A stretch of DNA of 64,000 nucleotides from Tubulanus polymorphus (taxonomy: Eukaryota > Animalia > Nemertea). The position numbers and the translations under genes are program-made. Location: assembly GCF_964204645.1 (NCBI RefSeq), contig NC_134036.1, forward strand, positions 434,001 through 498,000, given 5' to 3'. Below are positions 12,357-24,374 of the stretch, one piece after another. Positions within the stretch are counted from its first letter, which is position 1. Each line of letters begins with the position of its first letter. Below the pieces are notes generated by a model. The model did not search any database. It saw only the letters and a list, made by a program, of their open reading frames with translations, and was not told where the DNA came from.

Positions 12357-13803
12357 CGGAAATCTGCAGTTGTTTTCTTCGGTCCTGAAAAAAGTGAAGG
12401 CACGAAATTAAAGGGTCGAATAAGAAATTGTCGTTTTGTATGGATGGTTAAGACACGCGTTGCGTTGCTGCATGCAATCGGTGTCGGTTTATTGTCGACA
12501 ATCATTAGTTTGATCCTTCGCATCCTGTTTTGGACGAAATAGTCCGTGAAATGGATCACGCTCATCCTTCTGATGTTAGATCGTATCGTCGCCATTGTGT
12601 GTGAAAGGTCAAAAAATAAAGACGCATTAACACGCAAAAAAAGAACATCTGCCAATTGACGAATCAGCTTTGCTTTTAGAGACGTAACGTAATCAATACA
12701 AAGAGAAAAGACAACTGTAAAAAAACAAGCGAATGAAACGTTTGCGATTGATTTGTTTTTCTCATGCCGTTTGATTTCACTAGATATGAAGGAGAGCTTG
12801 CTGCTGCTGCTGCTGCTGCTGCTCTTATAGAAAGCTTGTTCACATAGTTTCATTAGCGATAGATATAACATGATCGTCTGGTTATTAATCAGCCATAAAA
12901 AGAAAAACATTATGAAATGCGTGTAATGTTGACTTTGTATCACGGGTTGTTTTGTAACTGCTGCAGTGTTTATGTTGCCTTCTGTCGCGTTCTCTTCTAG
13001 AATATGATGCACTAAAACCCTTTAGGGTACGATAAAGTGTGAGGCCACCCCATCACAATTCAATTGTGTCTTAGATGAATTCAATTTGAACCGAAATTCA
13101 GCCAGATTATGTGATAACAGCGTATGCTGCGGCAGAAACTACTTTCTTGGCCAGTGCTTTCTATAGCATATAAAATATACTCGATTTATTTTTAGTGTCC
13201 ACGCGGACTGTTGACAAAACGTCTCCACTACATCCAGTAATTATAGTTCTTATCCAGTCAGTCTTTTATACAATGTATCAATTAGAATGTCATAATGATA
13301 ATATCTTTATGAAAGTCTATGTCATTATTTTCAACTCTCTGATCATAATTAAGTGGAAATCACAAAAACAGATTATTAAAACTCGATACATCACAACTTT
13401 TTATTAGACTATAATTCGCTACAGCTGAACAACTGCCCGGGACAAAATAAGCTTCAAGGAAAAAAGAACTCGAACATTTTTACGGTATCAAGGATAATTC
13501 AGACCTCAGAATTGGACCCTGGTTTCCACGAGCCACGTAACTGACTTCACAACTTTGCATATTTCTACCAGCAGCGAAAAAGTCAGATGCTCATTGGAGC
13601 GTTAAAATGAAGCCACTTGTCTCGATGCAAATACCAACTGCCGACCGACGGCGTGATCGTTATTTGAAGATTGTTGAAAGAACAAAACGCTCATTAGGGA
13701 AAACATTAGAATAAAACAAACCGCGTGGATTGTCGACAGAGCACAAATTACCATATATAAACAGCAATGATATGCGCTGTATTATATTACAGAGACTATT
13801 AGA

Positions 13804-13804
<1 letters not shown>

Positions 13805-13883
<79 letters not shown>
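13805..13883. repeat. (TA)n microsatellite
   Basis: About 39 uninterrupted TA units. Confidence 0.98.
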
Positions 13884-13886
<3 letters not shown>

Positions 13887-15150
13887 AGTAGCTGATAAAT
13901 ATGAAGAGTTTGTAAACTAAAATTCATATTTAGAAACTGTATATTATCGCTGCTTGATTTGTATTTGTTCGCCTGTGTCGAATTGAAAAATGACATAAAA
14001 TATATACATATATATATATATATATATATGTTATATATTCGGCGGATGAAGCTCGCTGCACACTATAAGGGCTCTTCATCACATATGTAGCCTTTTAAAC
14101 TGCACATGTGAGTTTTCAGAGTGAAAATGTTGGCTTCGCTTTACTGCAAATTAACATCTATATATTTCATATATAGAACTATCAATTGTCAATTGAGTTT
14201 GCATTATACTCTGCGATGGGTCTCGCAGTGGGTCTCGCAGTGGGTCTCGCTGGGTCTCGCGGTGTGTGTATGTTTTATGCCATAAAACTATAGACTTTCT
14301 TATATCACCCGTTCATTGTGTTCAGTTTATACGTATATTTTATACAATTTTGATATATTTTCATTCTTTTTTTATACAGAAAAGTTTGTGACATATTAGA
14401 GTTGATGAACATTTAAGATTCTCTAACACCTGATGACAAAAACATGTTAAGACGATACAATAGCTATGGCTGTTGAAATTCTTTAAATATCTTTAATTAT
14501 ATATATTTCTGAATTCTATAGCGAATGAAGATAACTCACCTCATTTCAGTAATAATAGTTATCCGTTAAAAGGCGCAGAGTCTGAGCTGCATTTACTGAT
14601 TTACCTAGAGACGTCGATAGACTTGTGACAGGCACGAGAGTAACTGTGTGACGATTACCGTCCCTAGAGACATACAGCCTGTGACGCTAGCTCAACTCGC
14701 GTGCGCGCTGCGTCGACGAGCTATATCACAGACATTTACAAAATTTTACAATTAGCAAATTTTATTGCGATCTAAGATTTGCTTATCGGATACAATAAAA
14801 TCTCTCCAGCTCTCCAAAGCGATACAAATTAACTTTTTTTCGGAATATTCTGAATAATCCTTTGTTTTAGTGCTCATCGTAAACGTGTGACCATTAGGAA
14901 TATTTGTTGATAAGTAACTGTTAAATATTGAGTGTATATGACCGTGTAAACATCATAAAGAGATAACCATATTATAATAAACTCATATAGATCATAAATA
15001 AATATATCTATCAATATATATATCATCGTATGCGTCGATTAATCACGGAACCCAATTGTCAGAGTATGAACCAATCATGAAGCTTTTAATTTTTCAATAA
15101 ACGTCTTCACATAACTGTGTGAATCTGGGCCTAATTCACGGATAAAGCTG

Positions 15151-15350
15151 AGGACCCGGTTCCACGTGAGTTAACTCTGAACTCGGGACCCGGTTCCACG
15201 TGAGTTAACTCTGAACTCGGAATCCAGTTCCACAGTTGTGAATATAGAGTTAACTCTGAACTCGGGACCCGGTTCCGGAGTTAACTCTGAGTTAAAATCA
15301 ATTCATTTTCAACGAGATAGATCATTACTGAGAACCGTGGATCAGGATTC
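15151..15350. mobile_element. GGACCCAGTTCCAC-family MITE with a tandemly repeated left end
   Basis: 34-bp ggacccggttccacgtgagttaactctgaactcg repeated, followed by the family core (gagttaa...cattttcaa...gaaccgtgga); relatives at 24261, 29814, 34013 and 34126. Confidence 0.75.
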
Positions 15351-15663
15351 TGAGTATTCCTTCGCTTGTGTTGGGTTTGTTTGGTTAACAGCCCCAGCCC
15401 TCAGAGAGATCTATACTTCACTACTTCAGCTGGTAATCATCAGTCTCTAGACCGTACACTATATGCACTACCGACTGCGTCCACGTGGACATCTCCTTAA
15501 CTGATTAAATCATGGAGTCTCCATGATTTAATCGGCGACCGATAAAACGTGAGGATAATTCGTGATTAAGTGAGATAAGTGTTTATCGGTAAATTAATCA
15601 GGAGTCACGTGGGTTTTATAGCTACAAAAGCATGCATTTGAAATTCCCAAACGCTCTGGTCAT

Positions 15664-15860
15664 CAAGATTTCTTGGGCGGACAGGTTGCCGCTAAGCGGC
15701 GGACACCAGTCTATGCCTAAATCCAATGAGATGCGTAGCTAGACTGGTCGCCTGTCTTATTCTGCGCCACCTGCATTCGCAGTCAGAATAGCTGAAGGTA
15801 GAGACCGGCAACCAGTCTAGGTGGCCGTTTAGCGACAACCTGTCCGACCAAGAAATCTTG
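15664..15860. repeat. Foldback element with 37-bp terminal inverted repeats and nested internal stems
   Basis: caagatttcttgggcggacaggttgccgctaagcggc pairs with gccgtttagcgacaacctgtccgaccaagaaatcttg (3 differences); inner ctagactggtcgcctgtct / agaccggcaaccagtctag. Confidence 0.8.
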
Positions 15861-18800
15861 GGCAATGTTATAGAAGGGTTTGTGTTTGCGCGGGCTTCGG
15901 CGGGAGGCAATCAAACCCAGGCAAGCGAGGTTGAAATATAGTCATCTTCAGGAATACTGAAGGAAACTTTTAAGTTTCTTTTTTGTGCGGAGCTTTTATT
16001 ATTGTTACAACACATCCGCGTTGAAAGCATTTTACCCGATGATGCGGGATGGATGTTTATTTATGTCTATTAGATAAAACCTGGAATTAAAAGAATGATC
16101 TAGCTTATCAAGCGTTTAGGCTTAATGATCCACGCCTGGCACACGAAACATCAATATCTTCTTGATTTCTGTATGAATATCGTTCATGGATTTTACGGAT
16201 TTATTCGAAGTGAACGATGTTGATGTAATTATGAGATGATTGCTGATCGAATCGCCTCAAACGCTTGCACCTGATCACCCTATATTGATATCAGCAGATG
16301 TATCTCATCACTATAGACACATTTAAAACATTATCTATTCTATTCCAGTGTTCTTTAACTCATCAATGTCTATCTATAGAAATATCTGACTGACTTATAT
16401 ATGTTCAATCGATTCGGTTCCACATTTAGATCTATTTCCCCACAGATAGACAAAACCGTTTTAACGAAATGAAACAAATTTATGAATAAAAATTTAAAAA
16501 CTTTCTTAAATTTGGGAATGCTACTTTATACCGGCTTCATATGAACCATCAAGGAATTAAATTCCATTACAAAATTGGTATTCATCGTCGTGTTTATCTA
16601 GGCTACGAGCATTCATCGAGATGAGTCTAGGCTACAATTGGTTTCACGAAGCGCTCTCTATTCAGAGAAGCTACACGCTTGTCTCTGTGTTTGCCTTCAT
16701 CCTCGCCACGTTTTGTCCTGTTTTATAGATTTGTTGTCAGAGAATGCGCGCGCGCCTCGTGTTTATAAATCTAATGACTCGCTAATTGGTCTCTCGTTAT
16801 TGCGTTGGGTAAGGGCTCATAATTAGCACGGCTACGTCGTGGAAATATTTGTACCCTATACAAATCGCTAAGACAATCTAATCTGCGATGATAAGTTGTC
16901 TCCGGGCTCTCTCTCATTGTGTCCTGGCATAGCAGACATTTTCCTTTCCTCCTCTGAAAATTATTCGAACTTACAATCTTCTTTTTCCTATAACCTTACC
17001 GACCGTATGTACGGTTTTGACCCCACGAATGACAAGGAGCTAGATGAGAATGCAAACAAAATATGATTCATATATAAAGAACCGGGTATATGTTATTATG
17101 ATATCTAACTGTCATTGGCAGTTTGTTTCTTGACAAGGTCGTTGGTTTTTGTCTGTTGTGGATTAAAGAAACGGAGATTATTGAGTTCGAGCATATTTGA
17201 GATGAAAGATGAAATGACTGCTGAGCTAAAGGAGTTGGAAGGAAGGAAGCTAGACTTAAAGATTACCCTCAGACTCTTACACGACATATTGACTAGATGG
17301 CCTCGCACATGTATCGAGTTACCATTTAACAAGCCTTAATGAAAGAATTTATTGATTAATGATTGTCATTCAACGGGACTCTTATCGTCTATGTCGACGT
17401 GTACACATTGAAACACACTGACGAAACTCGACACAAATTGGACCTTTTTCATCGTCACTAGTGAGACGGCCTACTACAGCGAGAAATAGAGATCGTATTA
17501 TTGAAAAAAAAAACTCTTGCAAAGCATTCGAAAAGAATCTGAAGAAGTCGCAGCCTGTATTGTCAATAACATCGTTTTTGTCTTCAATCAAATAGAGAAT
17601 AGAGTTCTAGCTAGAATTAATTAAAACCGATTTTAAAAATACCGTGTATCATTTTCAGTGGTGAATCAGCAATCAGAAATTAATTAAACCTCGATGAAAC
17701 GATGATTTCCGAGAAAATGAGTAAATGTAATATCCGTATATTATCACGTACACCATGTGTCCCAGTAACCTACCGCGCACAAAAAAATAATCGTACAAAA
17801 ACCAGCGACATATATTCCATTGAAGCGAGTGCGTCTTGATCTTTGCCACTAACATCAAAATAATTATGGATTACCCTAATTAATGATGTGATTAGAGTTA
17901 ATAGGAGTGCCGGGGGTGCGAGTTTGTTGGCAGTATCTAATTGCGTTTGCGCAGTAAAGTATTAAAAACTGTATAAATCTTTGCCCATCTTTTTAGCTTA
18001 GTTTCAGTTTAGTTTAGTTTATTTACTCCACAAGTTATGATAACATTGCACAGAGCACAAAAAATAATGCATAAATTACAGCATATTACAAAAATATAAT
18101 GATAGTATTAATTGTAATTGTATTGATAATAATAACAATTATGATAATGATAAGAATAATAATAATGATAATGATTATAATGAAATTATAATCACTTAGT
18201 TCCATAACCAATCCAACAACTTAAGACCAGTCTTTAGACTTTTGGACTGTCTACAAACTGCACCCGGTTTTATAAGCTGGGGTTTATAAAATATGGACCC
18301 CAACAGAGCTTGATTCTTGAACTAATTGACACGATTTTGCAGCGGGTTTCCATTCAAAGTTGTGACGTATGGTATTTCACATAATTTACTATAATTCGTG
18401 CTAATTATTGGTAATTAATCATCTTAATTAATGTCTCGATGAAGTGGTGATTTTTAATTAGTCGTTTTCCGATCAAATATGATCTTTGCACATGTCGCCT
18501 ACTGAACGACTTTCCTCAACATCAAAACTGTTTTAGGTTAACTGATTTTATATATATAAGAAATCACAAGATTTTGACTTTGCGTTTCACCAGGTAATTG
18601 TGTAGTTCATCAGCCACTGCGAGACAGTAGACTTCGCTCAAGTCGAATGTTTTGGGACCGTATTGTGTCCGACTTGATGAGTGATATCTGAGTCGGATAT
18701 GTGATTTCACAATATCTAAAACAAAACATCCAAGTTGATCGGATCCTGTTTCATGGATTAGAGTAAGGTATCCACTTATTGTGACCATACGGGACTTATC

Positions 18801-20329
18801 TAACTATAGTTATTTGGTGTCAATTTGTAACCAACCAATATGAACTGTATCATTATCAGAAAATAGAAATACACTTCACTTACCCCGGGTAGTGGCGCGC
18901 TGATCCTAAACGCCGCGTTCCTTTTAAAGCTGCATTCATCAAACATCAAACTAAAACCTGTCGCTTTGGCGGCGGCAGTCTCCTCTTCACTTAATACGCG
19001 TCAAACTGCTCGTAAAAAACACAGACTGCAAATGCCAGTTTTACGTTACAAGTGTGCCACACATCTTTTGAATTCTTTTCCTTCTCTGACAGGAGTTTTA
19101 CTTTTAACACCGAATCGAGTGAAGTCTATTCGAGTAGGTAGACAGTTCTCTGGCTGATGATGCTTAAGTCGAATTGCTAATGAGCTTGATGTCCTAATTA
19201 ACCTTTGCTGCGATTTGGATTAATTTCGCGGCCTGTATTTGACATTGTGTTAAGCAGCTTAAATATTCGCGATCAATATTTACGGGAAATCGTCAGTTCA
19301 TATTGAATTCTGGCATATAAGAATTCTGTCTGAATTGGAAGAATGATTTTTGATGTGTTGTCGACGAATGAAACTCCTTTTTATGGTAATGCGATGTACA
19401 AATCAAACTGGAAAGCTTCTCCCAAAATGACGTTCGCGAATATTTTGTTATTTGTGAGTCCTCGTGGATGCCACATGGATTCTCCCTCTCTCCCTCCCTC
19501 TCTCTCTCTCCGTTTATCTCTACTCAAACAGTTGCTTGCGTTTAATCCGTTTTTGTTGTTTCTTTTAGCTGTATTGGAGTGTAATCCTCACGAGGCGATG
19601 GCGCAGTCTAATTCCACCAACAGTCTTCGTAAGCACGGTATCTCTCTGATTCAATTCAATCATACAATAACTCCCTATGATTTATATATTACTCTCAAAA
19701 CGAGGTGTTTATACGTTTTAATTTTGTTTTTTAAGAACACAATACGCATTTGAAAATGAATTAAGATTCGTTGCTGACACGTCTTGTATGTCTTTAATAC
19801 AGCTGGAACTCACCCATGGGAGAGACCAATTTCAAATTTTTGAATTTGTGAACATATATTTGTTTTTTGAAATTCTCAACCGTCCTCGCTCAACAACCCT
19901 CTCCCCCACCAGTTTTTGACAATTGGACACAGCTTTATCTTGGCAATGAAAAATATACAGCAGTCACATTTCTGTTTGTTTTTTATACGTTACTGGAGGT
20001 AATGCACGTATTTTGATAGTCGAAATACGATATATTTGTCCATGTCCATATGATATGTTTACAGCCTTGACTTCCTTCAAGGTGGGATAAAACATATCAC
20101 ATATCAACGTATATAATGTTGTTCTTGTATATATTATGATGAATTTCTTGCATTGACAAAATCAGGATCGGAGATATAAAATCAAAATTATCATACGATA
20201 TTATGCAAAATATTATCAAAAACCGCCATATCAGTATTAGTTTTTACTCCAATCATTTTGTCATTATACGATGAGTTATATGTAAAACCTTGATCCAATA
20301 TAAACATAATATTTAAGTTGCAAAATGAA

Positions 20330-20970
20330 GTGACTCGTCGCGAACGCCAGTCGCCACTATTCGGTAGGCTGATACCGTAGCGGTCGGGTTTAATTAGACT
20401 CTGACCGGAAGTGTCGGACCGGATATGAACGGTTGGTGTCCCCGGTATATCGTAAGCCCTGTGATATAAATACTAAATAGACGAGTGATCGCGCCGTGAT
20501 TTAATCAAAAATTAATTGTAAAACCACTTAATCGGAACGTTTGGGGCCATGAGTTGTCGTTATTGAGATTACGGTCGTGGCTTGAAATGGTGAAAAACAC
20601 AAGCGCGACTGAATCGAGGGCCTCGTGGATTGATGAGGTATTCGCTTCTTACCCCTAGAGCTGAGAAAGGAATGAGTTTGTTCTTCGCAGCTTTCGATGC
20701 CGGCGCAATCCTATCGGATCGGGTTCTAACTACAGTGAACCGCGCCGATTCCGAGTCAAACCGATCGGTGCTGCCACCTCTAATAGATTCACAAAATAGA
20801 ATCAAGCCAGCCGATGCTGCCCTCTCGTGGAGAAATCAACCTCTGGTAACCTGCATTGAGTCTATATTCAAATCAATGGCGGCCGCTTCAATGTAATATT
20901 GAGAAGAATATATTGAAAACTATCCTGATTTGAAGTCTTTACAAGCGGCAGATGATGATTATTTTAAGGT
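20330..20970. promoter_or_regulatory. CpG-rich candidate bidirectional promoter region between the aminopeptidase and CEP152 genes
   Basis: ETS motif ACCGGAAGTG (~20404), YY1-type CAATGGCGGCC (~20874), a plus-strand donor AAG|GTAGAT (~20968) and a minus-strand donor GGG|GTAAGA (~20652). Confidence 0.45.
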
Positions 20971-22097
20971 AGATATATTTTTCAAGTTACCCACGTTTTC
21001 AGAACGAATTTAACTGTGAATATCGATGAGTTAAAACCCTAGAAATAACGATTTAAAAATAGACTAAAAAAATACCACCACCGACCGGCGACAAGGTCGG
21101 TCGTAACCAGGTAATCAAACGGATTAAATTCTTGCATTCTGGCAGGATTATATGGGGTTGACATGTCCCCTGAAATATCCGTGGAAGCTACAGATAGAAT
21201 GATTCAGTCACAGTGAAACTCTCTCTGGTTGTTAGTTCTTGGAAGTGTGGAAGTAGTTAGGGACAGGGTTTTTCATCCAGCAATGAGACGAGTCATGACT
21301 CAAAGCGGGGAGGACTTCTGCTCTGCACCTGTTGCCATATTTCTTCTTTCTTATCAAATTGCGGTGGGTTGTAGGCCTACAGAGCAACCAATTTAAATAT
21401 TTGATAAAAATGTGCTAAAAGATCTCAAGACATCAAAAGGATCTAGTCTGTATGAATGAATTGAATAGGCCTTTTCCCAGGCTGTATTAGATTTCTAGCC
21501 CCGCCCTGGCGCTTACCACCTCCACCACGCTTTATCATTAGACTTAGTATAGAATCATTAGTAATCCACACAAACTAATCAGTTGTTTTCAACCAATGCT
21601 CCATCTATTGGTATCTATTTGATAACATCTTAAATGATGGTTGCATCTACCAGTTAGAAATGTAGAATTCGTGTAATTCATTTGTGCTTCTATTTATATG
21701 ATATATTACTATGATTACTGTAATTAGACGGGTAAATTACTGTCTGATTCACCTGATTAACCCTGTCCCAACAAGGAACTGTTCTAGCTGGTGTTAAAAG
21801 GTTCTTTGTTTTTATAGTGAGACAAACAGACTTGGATTGCAGGCGTTATATAATACACCTGAATATAGATTATAATTGAAGCAATTGTGATGATCAAAGA
21901 ACGTTCACACCAAACTGTTTAACTATTTCAAGATCCATCAGTTCTATGTTTTTTACACCTTTCTGGTTGATTGGAAGTTTTTACGTTAAACTTAAGACGC
22001 AATATTTCCGTGCCCAGGTCACTTGTAGTCGTGCTATTAGACTATGCAGGTTCAGTGCAGGTTTGTGTTTGAATTTTCATACAAAAATTTGGCTTAC

Positions 22098-22275
22098 GGC
22101 AAAAAATGATACCTTGTTTCTCCTCATATCTGTTGAGCTTAAGGTTGACCAGTCCAGCTGACTGCCCTGTTAAATACTTTGAACAGATCCAGCAGTTACA
22201 GAAAAAAACTGATTTTTTTTGCAGTTTACAAAAGTGACCCGGCCAAGTAAGAGAAACAAGGTATAATTTTTTGCC
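22098..22275. mobile_element. MITE with GGC(T)AAA...ATACCTTGTTTCTC terminal inverted repeats
   Basis: ggcaaaaaatgataccttgtttctc ... gagaaacaaggtataattttttgcc; sister copy at 40226-40445. Confidence 0.78.
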
Positions 22276-22629
22276 TTAACTTTTTAGGTTTTATTCACCG
22301 ATTATTTATCGAATTTCTATTTGCAGAAATTGAGATCGAATCAATTTAATTAGGGTCCAATAAATTCAGACACTCGGGTGTGTGTTAAACCTCGTGCTTC
22401 AAATGACATTTCAAACAGTTTAAGATAAATACGTTCTATAGTGAATTAATGTGGCAATTTTAGTAAATCTAATTAAGCACGTGGTTAGCTCGTTAGTCGT
22501 TAATGGTTAGGTCGTTAGCTAGCATTGGTTTATTGCGCAAATTTGATTTAAACGTGACTTTATCATAAAATAGATTTCACCGAAACAATTATATTTATAT
22601 TTATTTCAATCATTGAGTTATTTACGGTT

Positions 22630-22885
22630 TTAGATAAGTCACGCCCCCTGACGTGACTTACCTGTCAATCATTGTCTAATATGGTTTTTTATTGGTCGAT
22701 ATTTTGCAGGACTTGTTCGTTTCGTAATCAATAGATAAATATATACATGTTTTTACCGAAGGCGCCACAAATTTAGCATTCGTAGAAAATAACTCAGATA
22801 ATCTCTCAAACGGATCTATCTATAAAAGAATATATTTCATTATGAATCGCGAGAAAGGATTGAGATTATTTTATGATGGTAAGTG
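22630..22885 (+). promoter_or_regulatory. Candidate promoter and noncoding first exon upstream of CEP152
   Basis: Clustered CACGCCCCC, TGACGT, CTGTCAATCA and ATTGG motifs, followed by a strong donor ATG|GTAAGT at ~22879. Confidence 0.4.
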
Positions 22886-24260
22886 CAGCTTAAGGCAGGG
22901 GAGTGTCGTAAGTACCTTATTGAAATCAAGAGCGAGAGATTGATATAAAAGCACTTTATTTTCATCATTTTGATGATGGAAATTTTTACAGCTAATTTTT
23001 TCCTGTGATAAAAACTCATTTTGCCTTCAACGCAAACTTAACATTAACATTCATGTTTAGAATAATAGGATAAAAATCCACTATGCACAGATTTTAATGT
23101 TTTTAATCCAAGATGATGATCTCTAGTGACAGTTTGAAAATGTGTCATTTTAGTTTTTTGATTAGATAAATTTTTTATTTTAGAAATGTTCAAATCTGTG
23201 TAATGGGTTTTTGTCTTAATTAATAATTTGCATATATATGATTTATTAACTAGACCTAGGCTATATGAAAACTTTTATGATAATGTTTATTTTATGTACT
23301 TTTAAACGATCCAGTTGAAAGTCAATATTTGTGTCTAATACTTGAACTTATTGAAGTGTTTTGTGCAAACAGAGAATTTTGTTTATAAAGTTACTGACAA
23401 AAACATATGATTAATGTAATATATAGTGACAGTTGGACCGCGACTGACATAACTCTTCAGTCTCGTATATATTCAACCATGATAATCTATCCGACTGTTA
23501 ATCCGGGAGTTAATCCGACAGTTAATCCGGTTAATCCCCGCCCTTCGTTATTATGATGCCTAATGAAAAACCATTAAGTCAATTTTGTCGTGTAAATATT
23601 TGATTTAAAAAAAAAAAGAAAAATTTTTTTTCAAGGCAAATATTCTTTAAAAAAGGCTTAAGATAGGCATGTCTTAAAATCATAACTTATTTTAGTCAGC
23701 ATAAAAGCATTCCTCGGTTATATAACTTTGTGCTGAACAAAATTTCCATTTCATCGAGACAAAATTAGACTATTTCCATGGATGCTTCTATTAGACGCGA
23801 TATCTAGGAGTTGGAGAGGGGTTCATTAGTGGAGTAAATGTCAATATTAGGAGACTACTGACCCACTATTAGATCAACCATCTCCATCTCATATTTCCTG
23901 CTATAACAATAGATGCTGGATTAGACTTTGTTTAATTCGTCAATATTTGTTTTGTTGACGGGCTGTGAATTCAAATCTCTCAGACATTAACGGTTTTTAC
24001 TATTACAAATTACCAACCCCCCTCCGGGACAGAAAGACATATCTATGAAATATGAGAAAGTCTTTACCGACGAACTATGAAGGTTATATAAAAGTTTAGA
24101 TTCAATTGCGATAAAACAGAAAATTTTGCGCAATCACACGTCTATATGGAAACCAATATCAGCAGAAAAGTTCAAATTATTCTCAAGAAAAAATTAATAA
24201 AATTCCTATTCTTATAATAAGAAATTCTTTAACGTCAAATTCATTTCAATATTTAGTCAC

Positions 24261-24374
24261 CTAGGTCCAGTTCCTCAGTTCTGAGTTAAGATTTGACCCT
24301 GGGTTAAAACATTGAAAATGAACTAACTTTAACTCAGAGTTAACTCTAACTCACAACTGTGGAACTGGATCCAG
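24261..24374. mobile_element. Palindromic MITE (GGTCCAGTTCC family)
   Basis: Ends ctaggtccagttcctcagtt / aactgtggaactggatccag. Confidence 0.8.

Noticed and set aside
12278-13012. 244-aa ORF overlapping the aminopeptidase start
   Set aside because: It is in a different frame, spans an evident acceptor at ~12385 and a CAG microsatellite, and has no recognisable motif; likely a chance intronic ORF.
15933-15944. GAAATATAGTCA resembling the group I intron S element
   Set aside because: There is no properly placed GACUA P7 partner or other core element, and no interrupted host gene.
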